Position numbers and translations under genes: made by a program. Below, in pieces: positions 21,948-33,700 of a DNA stretch of 64,000 nucleotides. Location: contig OY970061.1 of NCBI GenBank assembly GCA_963705255.1, positions 1,056,001-1,120,000 of the forward strand. Reading direction: 5' to 3'. Origin of the DNA: an uncultured Methanoregulaceae archaeon. Lineage in GTDB: Archaea; Halobacteriota; Methanomicrobia; Methanomicrobiales; Methanospirillaceae. Under the pieces are notes generated by a model that saw only the letters and a list, made by a program, of their open reading frames with translations, made no database searches and had not been told where the DNA came from. Every line of letters starts with the position of its first letter. The first letter of the stretch is position 1.

Positions 21948-23624
21948 TCAGGATGTTTTCGTAGTCGTTTGTGCCGCCGCAGGCGTGGTCATGGCCGCAG
22001 TGATGCCGGCAGTTCCATTACCACTCTGGACCGCTCCCGTTGTGGTGGTCACCAGTGTCCCTCCACCGGTCTGCGCAGGTTGGGCAACGCCCGTTGTGGC
22101 GTCCGCTGAAAGAGTCACCGTACCATACCTTGTGCTGACGCTTCCCTGCGTAAGCAGCTTGCCGTCTTTGTAGATCTCGACGGTCAGGGCATGCGTTGTT
22201 GAACTGTCCAGCTTCTGGAAACTGGCCCGGATACTTCCGGTTGCATTCACTATCTCAAAGTACCTGTCGCCGGAGCTCTGCACGGTCTGCAGATCCGCCG
22301 GCATGCCGTAGGTCCCTTTGTACCCGCCAATATAGTTGACATGCACCTGGACTCCGGTCGGGGGGACGGGCTGCGTTGTTGTTGCGGCAATAATAAGAGT
22401 CGGAGCGGCTCCGACAGGGCTTGTTGTGGCGACAGCAGTAACCGTGGCGCTGGAAGATCCCTCCACTGCTCCCGCTCCTCCGGAGGTCAGCATCGGGAGG
22501 AGGAATATGGCTCCGGCCCCGACTGCGACAATGACGATGAGTATGGCGATGACGACGATGACCGTTCTTTTACCAAGCTTAAAGCCGGATCCCCGTCCGC
22601 GTTTTTTCGGCGCCGGGGGCAGACCCGTAGAGGTTTCGGGTGCCAGCTTCGGGGGTACCGGTACGCGTCTCTTTCGCGAGAAAAGCCGTGAGAGAAAGCC
22701 CTGTTTCGGCGGCTTCCTGGAGGACTGGCGCCCCTTGATAGGCTGGTCCCGGGCCATCGCATTCTGGAGGGGTGAAGGTTCCTTTCCCGGCCCTGCATCC
22801 CATGCGGGGATCTGCTGCGGAATTTCCTGAGGACGGGTCTCATCTGCCGGCCGTGCTCTCTGGGTTCCTGCCGGGGGAGAGGTGGCAGGGTACGGGGACG
22901 GCGAGGGCTTCATTCCGGCTGGCACGACAATAGGAGTCCCGCAACGGTTGCAGAATGCAGAGTCTGAGGAGACCTTGTTGCCGCACCGGGTGCAGAATAC
23001 ATGGGTGACTTGAGGTGGCACTACCGGTTCCCGTACCGGGGGTAGCGGGGGAGACGACTGGACCGGTGCGGGAGCCGGGGGCGGTAATGCAACAGACCCG
23101 GTCTCGACAATCCTTTTGAGAGGACGAACGCCTTCAATCTCCTTTTTCGGAGTTCCCTTTGCTGCAGGTATGGTCGGTGATGCCATGGTGTTGACCACCT
23201 CAATCCGCGGGGGGGAGACAGATTGTGATTGTTTCTGGGCCTGGTCCGCACCGGGGATGACCTTGCGGATGACTTGTTCAAAGGATGACGTCATATTTTC
23301 CGCGATGACCTGCTTCCATTCATCCCGTTCCCTGACCCGGTTCCCTCCTGCCTGGCGGGAGAAGGTCAGGATCATCTGCCGGGTTTCTCCGGGATTTGCC
23401 TCGATGGAGAGCGTGAGGGTCTGGTCCCGGATTGCGTTTTCGCCGCTTTCAACCTTTTTCAGGGTCTCCAGCAGGATCTCTTTTGGCGGAAGGAGATTTT
23501 TTACCCTATCAACAAGGAATATACGCTTGTTGGTGAGGATTCCCTCAAACGGAATAGACTTGACAAAGATCCCCTGCGTCCTCAGGAGGATTTTTTCGCC
23601 ACTGCGGAATTCTGGGTCGCCCAT
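21948..23624 (-). CDS. Membrane-anchored protein with PH-like N-terminus, Pro-rich linker and zinc ribbon
   Basis: FCTRCG...FCNRCG zinc ribbon, single TM, Thr-rich extracellular tail. Confidence 0.75.
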   Translation of the reverse strand: MGDPEFRSGEKILLRTQGIFVKSIPFEGILTNKRIFLVDRVKNLLPPKEILLETLKKVESGENAIRDQTLTLSIEANPGETRQMILTFSRQAGGNRVRERDEWKQVIAENMTSSFEQVIRKVIPGADQAQKQSQSVSPPRIEVVNTMASPTIPAAKGTPKKEIEGVRPLKRIVETGSVALPPPAPAPVQSSPPLPPVREPVVPPQVTHVFCTRCGNKVSSDSAFCNRCGTPIVVPAGMKPSPSPYPATSPPAGTQRARPADETRPQEIPQQIPAWDAGPGKEPSPLQNAMARDQPIKGRQSSRKPPKQGFLSRLFSRKRRVPVPPKLAPETSTGLPPAPKKRGRGSGFKLGKRTVIVVIAILIVIVAVGAGAIFLLPMLTSGGAGAVEGSSSATVTAVATTSPVGAAPTLIIAATTTQPVPPTGVQVHVNYIGGYKGTYGMPADLQTVQSSGDRYFEIVNATGSIRASFQKLDSSTTHALTVEIYKDGKLLTQGSVSTRYGTVTLSADATTGVAQPAQTGGGTLVTTTTGAVQSGNGTAGITAAMTTPAAAQTTTKTS

Positions 23625-23761
23625 GATACCACGTTCTTCCTTCTATCGCTAGAGGTTGTATCCGTGCCATGAAAAAGATATTTATCGAAAGAGAAGGGGA
23701 TGCCCCCCTCGATCACCCGATTCTTTTGGTTATTCACCAAAAAGAGAGAATTCGTGACCTT

Positions 23762-24211
23762 TCATTTTGGGAATTCTATAGAGTCCGGCAGTGCGCCGTT
23801 CTGGGCAAGCACTTCCCTGAGCTGGACTGAAGCCTGCATCTGCGACTTGATCTCTGACGAGATGGTGATCCCGCATTCTTTTGAAGCGGGGTCATCGGGA
23901 ATGCAGTTGCACAGGTCACCGGCAAGGCCCAGGTCGAACACGTACTTGATGATGTGGTTCTGGACAAACGTAAGTTCCGCCATCATCTTCAGGTTAGGGG
24001 TCCTTGTCCCGGCAAAGGTAAACCGGATCACATCTTCGAGAGGATGGGGGAACCCTTCCACCGACAATTTGATGAAGCATTCCACTTCAAAACGCTCGTT
24101 CTCGGTCCTTTTTACTGCCGAGTGCTCGATACTCATCATGAGGACACGGTCGGCAGGGATCAGGTGGATGTGATGATCCTTGTCGAGCATCGCTATGCTG
24201 GTTACTGGCAA
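23762..24211 (-). CDS. Hypothetical protein
   Basis: TTG start after GGGGTGA RBS; fills the gap between genes. Confidence 0.6.
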   Translation of the reverse strand: MPVTSIAMLDKDHHIHLIPADRVLMMSIEHSAVKRTENERFEVECFIKLSVEGFPHPLEDVIRFTFAGTRTPNLKMMAELTFVQNHIIKYVFDLGLAGDLCNCIPDDPASKECGITISSEIKSQMQASVQLREVLAQNGALPDSIEFPK

Positions 24212-24326
24212 AATCTTTCACCCCTGCTTGATCTTCTGCTGCAGGGAATAAAGCGCTTGTGCTTGGATTTTTGGGAACGGTGCTCAGCCACCAACAATTT
24301 AAATTTCCCGTGCCCCGGTGTACACT

Positions 24327-24956
24327 ATGAGGCAAAGATTCCTCCCGTGTGCTGCGCTGATGATGCTGGTCCTCTTTTCTGTCGTTTCAACGGGGTGCAC
24401 CACCACCCTGTTTGGGCCGGCGCCGCAGTATCACCAGCAGCCGGCAGCGACACCAGCGTTCGCGGTCCAGACCACTTCACCTGCCATCACAGACATTGCA
24501 CTCACTCTCTCCGACCTTCCCGGGGATTATCTTCTCAGGGACCGTTCCGTTGTTGCGTATGAGCAGGTAGGACAAGTCTTCCGCGAACTTTCCTGGCAGC
24601 AGGGGTACGAAGTATCGTTCTACCGCATGAACCGGGCAAAAGGTGACAATACGCTCGTCCGCCAGATGATCAGCATCTTTCCCGCGGATCGGGTCGATAC
24701 AGTATACGAAGTAGAGAAGGAATCCATGCTTGCACAGCCGGATGGGACCACGCGCTATGAGGTGCCGTTTCCGACCACCGGTGACGAAAGTATCGCTTTC
24801 AGGGAGAACGACCTAAATGCGCCTGAAAGAAATGTCACGTATTCGCTCCTGTTTGCCAAAAATAACGTGTACGAAACGATCACCATGGGCGGGACTACAA
24901 CCGACTACGAAACCCTCAAGGATCTCGCACTGAAAGCGGCCGGTAGGATACCGTGA
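24327..24956 (+). CDS. Hypothetical lipoprotein
   Basis: Signal peptide with STGC lipobox. Confidence 0.7.
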   Translation: MRQRFLPCAALMMLVLFSVVSTGCTTTLFGPAPQYHQQPAATPAFAVQTTSPAITDIALTLSDLPGDYLLRDRSVVAYEQVGQVFRELSWQQGYEVSFYRMNRAKGDNTLVRQMISIFPADRVDTVYEVEKESMLAQPDGTTRYEVPFPTTGDESIAFRENDLNAPERNVTYSLLFAKNNVYETITMGGTTTDYETLKDLALKAAGRIP

Positions 24957-25022
24957 TGCCGGCACACCGGAACGACGTTTTTAGTATTTTGGAAGGAATA
25001 GTAACTGAGAGGAACCATTCCG

Positions 25023-25493
25023 ATGGTCTTCACCTGCCGGCAGTGCGGTTCGTGCTGCATGTACCTTGGCGATTATATTGTGATCGAGCGCCAGACCGGC
25101 CCCTTCACGTTCGAATGCTGCTCGGTCTCGACAGATACCATGTTTACGGCAGAGGTCGACCCGGACAAGCGCCACCTCTTCCCGGATACCACGTTCCCGG
25201 AACGCCACCCGTCCGCCTGCCGGTTCCTCCGCCCGGACGGGGACCTGGTCCGCTGCACGATCCACCGGGACAGCCCGGCGCAGTGCAAATTCTACCGGTG
25301 TACGGTCATGCGGGTGACCGACCCCTCGGGCAAACCTGTCGGTACCGTGACCGGGACCCTCGCCCTTCATTCCGATAACCCAGCACTCAGGAAGATATGG
25401 GAGGTGGTGGAACGGCTCCGTCCCGGCCCGGATGCTGATGCCGAGCGCTGGATCGCAGTGTTCCTGCAGGAGAGAGGCTACCGGGTGGACTGA
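25023..25493 (+). CDS. YkgJ family cysteine-cluster protein
   Basis: CRQCGSCC, CRFL and CTIH..P..C..Y motifs. Confidence 0.85.
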   Translation: MVFTCRQCGSCCMYLGDYIVIERQTGPFTFECCSVSTDTMFTAEVDPDKRHLFPDTTFPERHPSACRFLRPDGDLVRCTIHRDSPAQCKFYRCTVMRVTDPSGKPVGTVTGTLALHSDNPALRKIWEVVERLRPGPDADAERWIAVFLQERGYRVD

Positions 25494-25544
25494 CCGGCGG
25501 GATTTTGAAAAACGAGCCTTGGAAAGGCGGGTCCTGTTCCCGCA

Positions 25545-26246
25545 CTATATCCCAAGGTAGGCCTTCTGGATATGGTTCTCGTGTAAGAGTTTCTTTGCCC
25601 CACCGGAGAGGACAATCCTCCCGTTCTCGAGAACATATCCCCGCTGGCACATGTCCAGCGCGTTTCGCACGTTCTGCTCCAGAAGAAGGATGGTCATCCC
25701 TTCCCGCCCGAGCTGCTCCAGCGCCCTGAAGACCTGCCCGGTGATGAGCGGCGAGAGGCCGGTGGAGGGTTCGTCAAGGATCAGCAGCCGGGGCCCGGAC
25801 ATGAGTGCACGGCCCATGACCAGCATCTGCTGCTCTCCCCCGCTCAGGGTACCGGCCTTCTGCCGTTCCCGCTCCCTGAGGATGGGAAAGAGCCCGTATA
25901 CCTTGCGCAGGAAAAACTCCCTCCCGCTTTTTCCTGAAGCACCGAGGAGAAGGTTCTCGAGAACGGGCATTTTCGCGAAGATCTCCCGCTTCTCAGGTAC
26001 GAGCGCTATTCCCTTATGGAAGATCTCGTATGGCGGAAGCCCGAGGATCTCTTCACCGAGGAACCGGACCGAGCCAGAGGCATTCCGGTTCAGCCCGGCA
26101 ATTGTCTCCACGGTCGTTGTCTTGCCGGCACCGTTCGGGCCGATGAGCGTCACCATCTCCTTTTCTCCGACACGAAAGTCCATGTCCCAGACTACATGGA
26201 GGTTGCCATGAAAGACGTTGAGGCCCGATATTTCCAGCAACGCCAC
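25545..26246 (-). CDS. livF: Branched-chain amino acid ABC transporter ATP-binding protein
   Basis: GPNGAGKTT, LSGGEQQML and LDEPS motifs. Confidence 0.92.
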   Translation of the reverse strand: MALLEISGLNVFHGNLHVVWDMDFRVGEKEMVTLIGPNGAGKTTTVETIAGLNRNASGSVRFLGEEILGLPPYEIFHKGIALVPEKREIFAKMPVLENLLLGASGKSGREFFLRKVYGLFPILRERERQKAGTLSGGEQQMLVMGRALMSGPRLLILDEPSTGLSPLITGQVFRALEQLGREGMTILLLEQNVRNALDMCQRGYVLENGRIVLSGGAKKLLHENHIQKAYLGI

Positions 26247-26254
26247 ACCACCTC

Positions 26255-26965
26255 TCAGAAGATTTCCATATCGCCGAGGTAAGTATCAATGACCTGCCGG
26301 TTGTTCACCACTTCATAGGGTTTCCCCTCGGCAATCTTCTCCCCGTGATCCAGCACGACAATCCGGTCGGATACCCCCATGATGACGCTCATGATGTGCT
26401 CTATGATCATGACGGAAGTCCCCTGGTCACGGATCTTTTTTATCAGGCCCACCGCTTCGCTGCTCTCCCGGGGGTTCAGCCCCGTGATGAGCTCATCCAG
26501 GAGGAGGAGGCGGGGTTTTGAGGCAAGCGCCCGGGCAAGCTGCACCCGTTTGAGCTCGATGACGTTCAGGTTCCGGTTTAGCGTATCAAATTTCTCCTCC
26601 GGCAGGCCCACGTACCCGAGAATCTTGGCCGCCTCGCCCGCTGCCTCTTTCATTCCCGGCGGATGGCTGTTGCCAAAGAGTACCCCAATCATGACGCACT
26701 CCCGGGCCGAGAGGTTCGGAAAAGATTCCGCGATCTGGAATGTCTTTGCGATTCCTTTCCTGCAGATCCGGTCTGCTTTGAGGCCGGTGATATCCTCGCT
26801 GCAGAATGTCACCCTGCCCGAGGTTGGCGGGGTGATACCGGAGATGATATTCAGGAGTGTCGTCTTACCGGCACCATTGGGGCCAACCAGCCCGACGATC
26901 TCGCCCTCCCCGACAGTCAGGTCCACACCGCTGACGGCGCAGAGCCCGCCTATCTGTTTTGTCAC
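26255..26965 (-). CDS. livG: Branched-chain amino acid ABC transporter ATP-binding protein (5' end possibly frameshifted)
   Basis: GPNGAGKTT, GIAKTFQ, LLLDE, IEH.M and YLG motifs. Confidence 0.9.
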   Translation of the reverse strand: MTKQIGGLCAVSGVDLTVGEGEIVGLVGPNGAGKTTLLNIISGITPPTSGRVTFCSEDITGLKADRICRKGIAKTFQIAESFPNLSARECVMIGVLFGNSHPPGMKEAAGEAAKILGYVGLPEEKFDTLNRNLNVIELKRVQLARALASKPRLLLLDELITGLNPRESSEAVGLIKKIRDQGTSVMIIEHIMSVIMGVSDRIVVLDHGEKIAEGKPYEVVNNRQVIDTYLGDMEIF

Positions 26966-27213
26966 TCCCGTCAGGTTGAGCGTGGTACCACCCTGTGCTA
27001 ATTATCGACATGCATTAGGTTGCCGGACATGATATTAATAGATGCAGGATTTACCCACGGGAGGTTCAACTCCGTTCAGGGAGACGCTGGGAACGGGAGG
27101 CCGCAGGATACAGATTCCGGATCAGGTAAAAAAGGCAATGATTATATTATTTGACCCCGGACGTTCACAATGCCGTGCTATGGCATAGCAGGGGAATATC
27201 CGTGAACCAGCAC

Positions 27214-28530
27214 ATGAAATATACAGTTCTTCTCATCGCATTCGTCGTGTTTGGTGCCCTCATTGCAGGCTGCACCCAGCAGGCTGCGCCACAGGCGCAG
27301 TCCCAGCAGAATGCGGTCAAAGTCGGAGTCATCGCGTCACTGACCGGCCCGGCCAGCAACGTGGGGACGAGCATGTGGCAGTCTGCGCAGGTCGCAGCTG
27401 CCGAGATCAACGCAAACGGCGGTATCAATATCAAGGGAACCAAAGTCCCGATCCAACTGGTGGTCGGCGACGACGAGTCAACCCAGCAGGGCGGCCAGAC
27501 GGCAGCAAACCAGCTGATCACCGGTGATAAGGTTGACATCCTCGTCGGAGGGTACTCGAGCGCGGTCACCTCGTCGTACGAGCAGACCGTTGCCGAGTAC
27601 AAGATCCCGTATATCGTGACCGGTGCATCGAGCCCGATCATCACCCACCGGACCGACATCGACACCAGCTACATCTTCCACCACTGTCCCACCACCGACA
27701 CCTACGGGCAGTACACTACGACATTTATCGACCAGGTGGTCCGGCCCGCCGTCAACCAGAAGCTGAATGCCCCGGCCACGCGCCCGTTCCGCCTCGCCCT
27801 GATCTACCAGGATACCGCATTCGGCAAGGGTGTTCAGACAGCGGTGAACGCAACGATCACCAAGAACAAGCTGAACATCGTGCTCGTCTCCCAGCAGAGC
27901 TTCAAGATGGGAGAGAGCGACTTCCGGACGCCCCTGACCGCGATCAAGGCGGCAAATCCCGATGCAGTGTACATCGCTGCATTCCCGAACGAGGGCGCCC
28001 CGCTCATCACGCAGGCGCGGAGGGATATCGGGCTGAACACGATATTCCTGAATGTAGAGAACAATGACAACGCCCAGTTCTACAAGGACCTTGGCCAGTA
28101 CGGCGAAGGGTCCATCATCGAGAGCCGTTTCTCACCCTACACCGCACCGGCCGGTGCGGTCGCCGATGCCCAGAACACCTTCAAGAACAGCTATACTGCG
28201 AAGTTCGGAACGTCCCCGGATATGATGGGCGCATCCACGTATGAGGGAATTTACATAGCATCGAAGGCGATCGAGAACGCGGGCACGACCGACAAGGCCA
28301 CCGTAAGGCAGGCCCTTGTCAACCTGAACATGCCCCAGATCATCGAGGCCATGAAAGACGGGAAGATCTCGTTCTCGAGCGACTTCCGCGAGTCGCAGTT
28401 CGACCTGTGGATGGAGCAGTTGGCCTTCAATTCCACGATCGGCGAGTGCAGGCCGAACATCGTCTGGCCTGACAACCTGAAAGTGACCGGATTTACGCTC
28501 CCTGCCTGGTATTCTCCAGGCAGCGCGTGA
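27214..28530 (+). CDS. livK: Branched-chain amino acid ABC transporter substrate-binding lipoprotein
   Basis: LIAGC lipobox, VKVGVIASLTGP, EINANGGI and GGYSS. Confidence 0.9.
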   Translation: MKYTVLLIAFVVFGALIAGCTQQAAPQAQSQQNAVKVGVIASLTGPASNVGTSMWQSAQVAAAEINANGGINIKGTKVPIQLVVGDDESTQQGGQTAANQLITGDKVDILVGGYSSAVTSSYEQTVAEYKIPYIVTGASSPIITHRTDIDTSYIFHHCPTTDTYGQYTTTFIDQVVRPAVNQKLNAPATRPFRLALIYQDTAFGKGVQTAVNATITKNKLNIVLVSQQSFKMGESDFRTPLTAIKAANPDAVYIAAFPNEGAPLITQARRDIGLNTIFLNVENNDNAQFYKDLGQYGEGSIIESRFSPYTAPAGAVADAQNTFKNSYTAKFGTSPDMMGASTYEGIYIASKAIENAGTTDKATVRQALVNLNMPQIIEAMKDGKISFSSDFRESQFDLWMEQLAFNSTIGECRPNIVWPDNLKVTGFTLPAWYSPGSA

Positions 28531-28578
28531 TCCATACCACACCTCTTTTTATTGCTGACTGACGGATTAGTGATCGGT

Positions 28579-29457
28579 ATGGTTGACCTCGGGATTCTGC
28601 TCCAGATCCTTTTCTGGGGGATATATGCAGGGTGCATCTACATCCTGCTCGCGACGGGACTGAACCTGATCTTCGGTGTCATGAAGATCGTCAATTTCGC
28701 GCACGGAGAGTTCCTCATGATCGGCGCATATATCACGGCAACCATCTTTTTCGCGACCGGGTTCAACCCCTACGCCATCATCGTTCTGTCCATGCTTGCG
28801 CTCATGGCCATTGGTGCACTCGTGGAGCGGCTCTGCTTCCGTCCAATCCTTGGCACGAGCAAGCTCAACGAGATCTTCCTCTCCATCGGCCTGATCTACA
28901 TCTTCCAGAACAGTGCCGCCATGATCTGGGGCGACCAGTGGCAGAGTATCCGGAGTCCGTACCAGGGGATAACGGTCCCGGTGGGGTCGCTCAACGTCCC
29001 CGTCGACTACCTCATCATCATGACGGTTACTGCCGTGATCCTTTGTCTGCTGTACCTGTTTTTAAGAAAGACGAAGACCGGCCGCCAGATGCGGGCCACC
29101 AGCCAGAACCGAAAAGGGGCGATGCTGGTCGGGATCAATGTCGAGCGGATGGACATCCTGAGCTTTTCCATCGGTTGCGCCCTTGCCGCAGCGGCAGGAA
29201 CGCTCTGGGTGGTGAGCGGTCAGGTCTTTAACCCGTACATGGGCTCCATTCCCGCGGTCAAGGCGTTTGCCATCATCATCCTTGGCGGCCTGGGGAGCAT
29301 CCCCGGCGCAATTGTTGGTGGCCTGCTCTATGGCATTGCAGAGAATGGCGCCGCGTATTTCCTTGGAGGGGTGTGGAAGGATGCGATCTCCTTTATCATC
29401 CTGATTATCGTGCTGATCGTAAAACCGACAGGGCTTTTCGGTGAGTCCGGGGAATGA
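28579..29457 (+). CDS. livH: Branched-chain amino acid ABC transporter permease
   Basis: GLNLIFGVMKIVNFAHGE, GRQMRA and LGGLGSIPG. Confidence 0.92.
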   Translation: MVDLGILLQILFWGIYAGCIYILLATGLNLIFGVMKIVNFAHGEFLMIGAYITATIFFATGFNPYAIIVLSMLALMAIGALVERLCFRPILGTSKLNEIFLSIGLIYIFQNSAAMIWGDQWQSIRSPYQGITVPVGSLNVPVDYLIIMTVTAVILCLLYLFLRKTKTGRQMRATSQNRKGAMLVGINVERMDILSFSIGCALAAAAGTLWVVSGQVFNPYMGSIPAVKAFAIIILGGLGSIPGAIVGGLLYGIAENGAAYFLGGVWKDAISFIILIIVLIVKPTGLFGESGE

Positions 29458-29461
29458 CGGG

Positions 29462-30463
29462 ATGAAAATCAGCTGTGATCGTCTGGCCCGTTACACCCCT
29501 CTTGTCATTATCGCGATAGCGGCAGCCGTTCCTTTCCTGTCCGGTGACCTCTACCTCCTCAACATCCTCACCCTCATGCTCATCTTCATCATCTTCTCCT
29601 CCGCATGGAACCTCCTCGCCTACTCCGGGCAGGGCTCGCTTGGTCATGCAGCGTTCTTCGGGATCGGGGCGTATGCCTCGACCCTGATTGCCATAAAAAG
29701 CGGCATCCCGCCGGTCATCTCGATCTTTTTTGGCGCGGCCGTAGCCGCATTCATCGGGGTCCTTATCGGGCTCACCTGTTTCCGGCTGAGGGAATGGTTC
29801 CTTGCCATGGTCACCTTCGGCTTTGCCATCATCGTCCAGACGATCACGGTCAGCCTCCTCGCCCCGCTCAGCGGCGGCTGGGACGGGATGGCCTCCCCGC
29901 GGCTGGTGAGCCCCGCAATACCGGGATACCAGGTGATCGAATATTACGCTATCCTCCTCATCACGATCGGCAGTATCCTTGCTATCCATCTCATCCTGCG
30001 GTCCCGGATCGGCCTCGCCTTCTCCGCCATCCGGGAGAACGAGACCGAGGCACGGGCGGCAGGAGTAGACCCCGTACGGGTCCGGCTCCTTGCCTTTGCC
30101 ATCAGCGCCTATATCGCAGGTGTCGCCGGGGCACTCGAGATCCACTCCATCGGGTACATCACTCCGGAGATATTCGGGGTCGACATCTCGTTCTGGCCGG
30201 TCACCTACGTAATCTTCGGCGGCCTCGGGACGCTTGCCGGGCCCGTGATCGGGACCGTGGTCCTCATGTCAACGTGGGAAGGACTCAAGCTTGGCGGGTT
30301 CACCTTCGGGCGCTACATCATCGTCGGCGTCCTGCTGATCCTCGTGATCATCTTCCTGCCACGGGGGCTGGTCTCCCTCCCGGAAGAGATCAGAAAACGG
30401 GTTGCCGCGTGGAAGGAAAGGCGTGATCTCCCCGCAAAAACGGACAGGGTATCCGGGCGGTGA
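29462..30463 (+). CDS. livM: Branched-chain amino acid ABC transporter permease
   Basis: GQGSLGHAAFFGIGAY, AIRENE and FLPRGL. Confidence 0.92.
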   Translation: MKISCDRLARYTPLVIIAIAAAVPFLSGDLYLLNILTLMLIFIIFSSAWNLLAYSGQGSLGHAAFFGIGAYASTLIAIKSGIPPVISIFFGAAVAAFIGVLIGLTCFRLREWFLAMVTFGFAIIVQTITVSLLAPLSGGWDGMASPRLVSPAIPGYQVIEYYAILLITIGSILAIHLILRSRIGLAFSAIRENETEARAAGVDPVRVRLLAFAISAYIAGVAGALEIHSIGYITPEIFGVDISFWPVTYVIFGGLGTLAGPVIGTVVLMSTWEGLKLGGFTFGRYIIVGVLLILVIIFLPRGLVSLPEEIRKRVAAWKERRDLPAKTDRVSGR

Positions 30464-30713
30464 CCCCGGGGAGATACCGAAAGTTACAGAGACCGCGGGA
30501 TGCCCGGATTCTCTTCCCTCTCCTCAGGTTCAGCGAGAACCGATCATCCGCAAAGGATACCCTCCCGGGCTTTGTATCGCAACCGTATTCTCCATGACGG
30601 TAGCAGAAACCGGTTTTTTCCCCGCTGCCAGTTCATGTCCCGGTGTTTTGCACCCCGGTCATCTCGGTTTTCCCGGCTGCCCGTGTATCCCGGGCAGAAT
30701 TTTTGTGATACTC

Positions 30714-33700
30714 TTATTTCATGAAGAGCACGTCGTACCTTCTCCCACGTTTCCGGATGGCCACCATGATCAGGGCAAGGAGAAAAATACTGAATGCGAT
30801 GATAAGAATAGTTCCGGTAGTGCCGCCCGGGAATGCCGGCAACCGGATCCCCGTGGCGTTCCGGGCTAATCCGGTAGCCTGCGTTCCATTAATGGCTGCG
30901 GACGGAGACTGGCTTTTCACTGTGACCAGGCCGAATAGGGAAAGCCCGTGAGGCGAGGGGGCTTCGAATATGAGGTTTCCACCCGCATCAGTTCCGGCAT
31001 AGGTGGTCGCAAGAAGTTCCGTAAGTTTATCGTCACCGATCCGAACGACACGGACGGCAGGGATGCCGCCGTTCTGGTCCACCCAGCCTGGGGGGGTCGT
31101 CATGCGGACGACAGCGGGAGCGGTCGCGGGTATCCCGGATTTCAGGAATGTGGCCGTGTAGCCGACTGACGTGATACTCTGGTCTTTCTGCACTGCCGCC
31201 TGCTGGAATGCGGTACGGGTCTGGTCCGTGACCTGGTCGGATATCGTGACACCGATGTCGGCACGTGCCGGGATGGTCGGCAGGGATGCTTCTGCTGTTA
31301 CAGCGACCTGACCAATATTGACCTGTGCAGGAGCCGGTTGGACCACGAAATTGACATCCTGTACCGAGCCGGTGATCAGACCGAGGGATGTCTGCTGGAT
31401 ATTCTGGCCGTCAATGACCAGCACGTTTTGGGACCGGGAGGCGGTCACACGGTTCCCCCTGACATCGATTACGTAACCGGCATTTTGTGCCGTTATCCGG
31501 TTGAGCAGGAACGATTGCTCACCACCTGGGAGTGACAGGGCCTGGAACCCATCCGGTATGATACCTATTCTGATCGTGATGACATGGTTGGTCGGGGGGC
31601 TCACCGCCGGGATTTTCGGTGAAGGTCCCGGCGAAACCGGTGGTGCCCCGGTGACCGGGGGCCCTGTTATCACCTGCTGGATCAGGCCACCCCTGGACCC
31701 TGTGCTGCCGCCACTGCTGCTGAACACCGGTGTCGGGGGAGGAGTGGCAGTAATAAACCCGAACTTGGAGGTCGTATTCGTCCCTGACGAATTGGTGACA
31801 GACAGGTTAACCGTGTACATTCCGGCTGTGGTATACGTGTGATTTGCATCACGCTGGGTGGCGTCAGTCGTATTGAACCAGTTGCTGTCACCAAACGACC
31901 AGTTCCATACCGTGATGCCGGGAGAGGTTGACGAGTCGGTGAACTGGACAAAGAGCGGGATTGTCCCCGAAGTCGGGGACCCGGTGAAGTCAACGCCATT
32001 CGGCGGGACGAATGCCGTGATGTACCCGGGCTGGGAAGTCGTGTTTGTCCCGGACGTATTGGTCACGGTCAGGTTCACGGTGAAACTTCCGCCGAAAAGG
32101 AACGTGTGATTTGCGTCACGCCGGGTGGCGTCAGTTGTATTGAACCAGTTACCGTCGCCAAACGACCAGTTCCATATCGTGATGCTGGGAGAGGTTGACG
32201 AGTCGGTGAACTGGACAAAGAGCGGGATGGTGCCCGAGGTCGGGGTGCCGGTAAAGGACGGGATTGGCGGGGGCTGCGTGGTACTGATATAGCCAGCCCG
32301 GCTGGTCGTGTTGATACCGGTCGCGTTGGTGACCGTCAGGCTGACCGTGAACGTGCCGATGGCTGAATACGTGTGCGTCGCATTCCGTGCCGTGTTATCC
32401 GTTGTATTAAACCATGGCGTATTATCCCCGAATGACCAGTTCCACATCGTAATCCCGGGGGAAGGTGAAGTATCATTGAACTGCACAGCCAGAGGAGGGT
32501 TCCCGCTCGTTGGCAATCCCGTGAAGGCCGGGATTGGGAGCGGGGGGCCCACGACGATATAGCCTGACTCTGTCGTGGTATTCGTTCCCGATGAGTTGGT
32601 CACTGACAGGTTCACGGTATAGGTTCCTTCGGTGAGGTATGGGTGGGTTGCGTTCCGGGCTGCACTGCCGGTCGTGTTGAACCAGAAACTGTCACCAAAC
32701 GACCAGTTCCATGCCGTAATCCCCGGGGAAGGGGATGTGTCATTGAACTGGACAGTCAGCGTCGCATTTCCGCTCCGGGGCGACCCGGTGAATTCGGGGA
32801 CCGGAAGCGGGCCCTCAACACTGATATAATTCAGGAGTGAGGTGGTGTTGGTAATGGTTGCGGGGAAACTCAGTCCCGATGAATTGGTGATCGAGAGGTT
32901 CACCGTATAACTACCGGGAGATGAATACGTGTGCGTCACATTCCGTGCCGTGATATCCGTTGTATTAAACCATGGCGTATTATCCCCAAACGACCAGTTC
33001 CAGTACTGGATGCCAGTCGACAGGGTAGTGTCATTGAACTGGACATCCAGCGGCTCGTTGCCGAACGTCGGGTACCGGTAAAGGAGGGAATCGGCAGCGC
33101 TGCTGACACGTTGATATAATTCGCCATCGAGGTCGTGTTGGTAACTGTTGCAGGAGTACCTCAGCCCCGAAGAATTGGTGATCGAGAGGTTCACCGTATA
33201 ACTACCAATGGCTGAATACGGGTGCGTTACATTCTTTGCCGTTATGTCCGTCGTATTGAACCAGGTCGTATCCCCGAACGACCAGTTCCAGTACCGGATG
33301 CCGGTCGACAGGGTGGTGTCATTGAACTGGATGTCCTGCGGCTCGTTGCCGAACGTTATATTACTGGTAAATGACGGGATCGGAAGCGCCGCCGACACGT
33401 TGATGTAATTTGCGACCGAGGTCGTGTTCGTAATGGTTGCAGGGAAACTCAGTCCCGATGAATTGGTGATCGAGAGGTTCACCGTATAACTGCCGATTGA
33501 CGAATACGGGTGCGTTACGTTCTTTGCCGTTATGTCCGTCGTATTGAACCAGGTCGTATCCCCAAATGACCAGTTCCAGTACTGGATGCCAGTCGACAGG
33601 GTAGTGTCATTGAACTGGACATCCAGCGGCTCGTTGCCAAACGTCGGGGTGCCGGTAAAGGAGGGAATCGGCAGCGCTGCTGACACGTTGATATAATTCG

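Noticed and set aside
33060-33165. Novel insert 'RYSCNSYQHDLDGELYQRVSSAADSLLYR' in the PKD protein
   Set aside because: It is the shifted-frame reading of a normal PKD linker between two compensating indels
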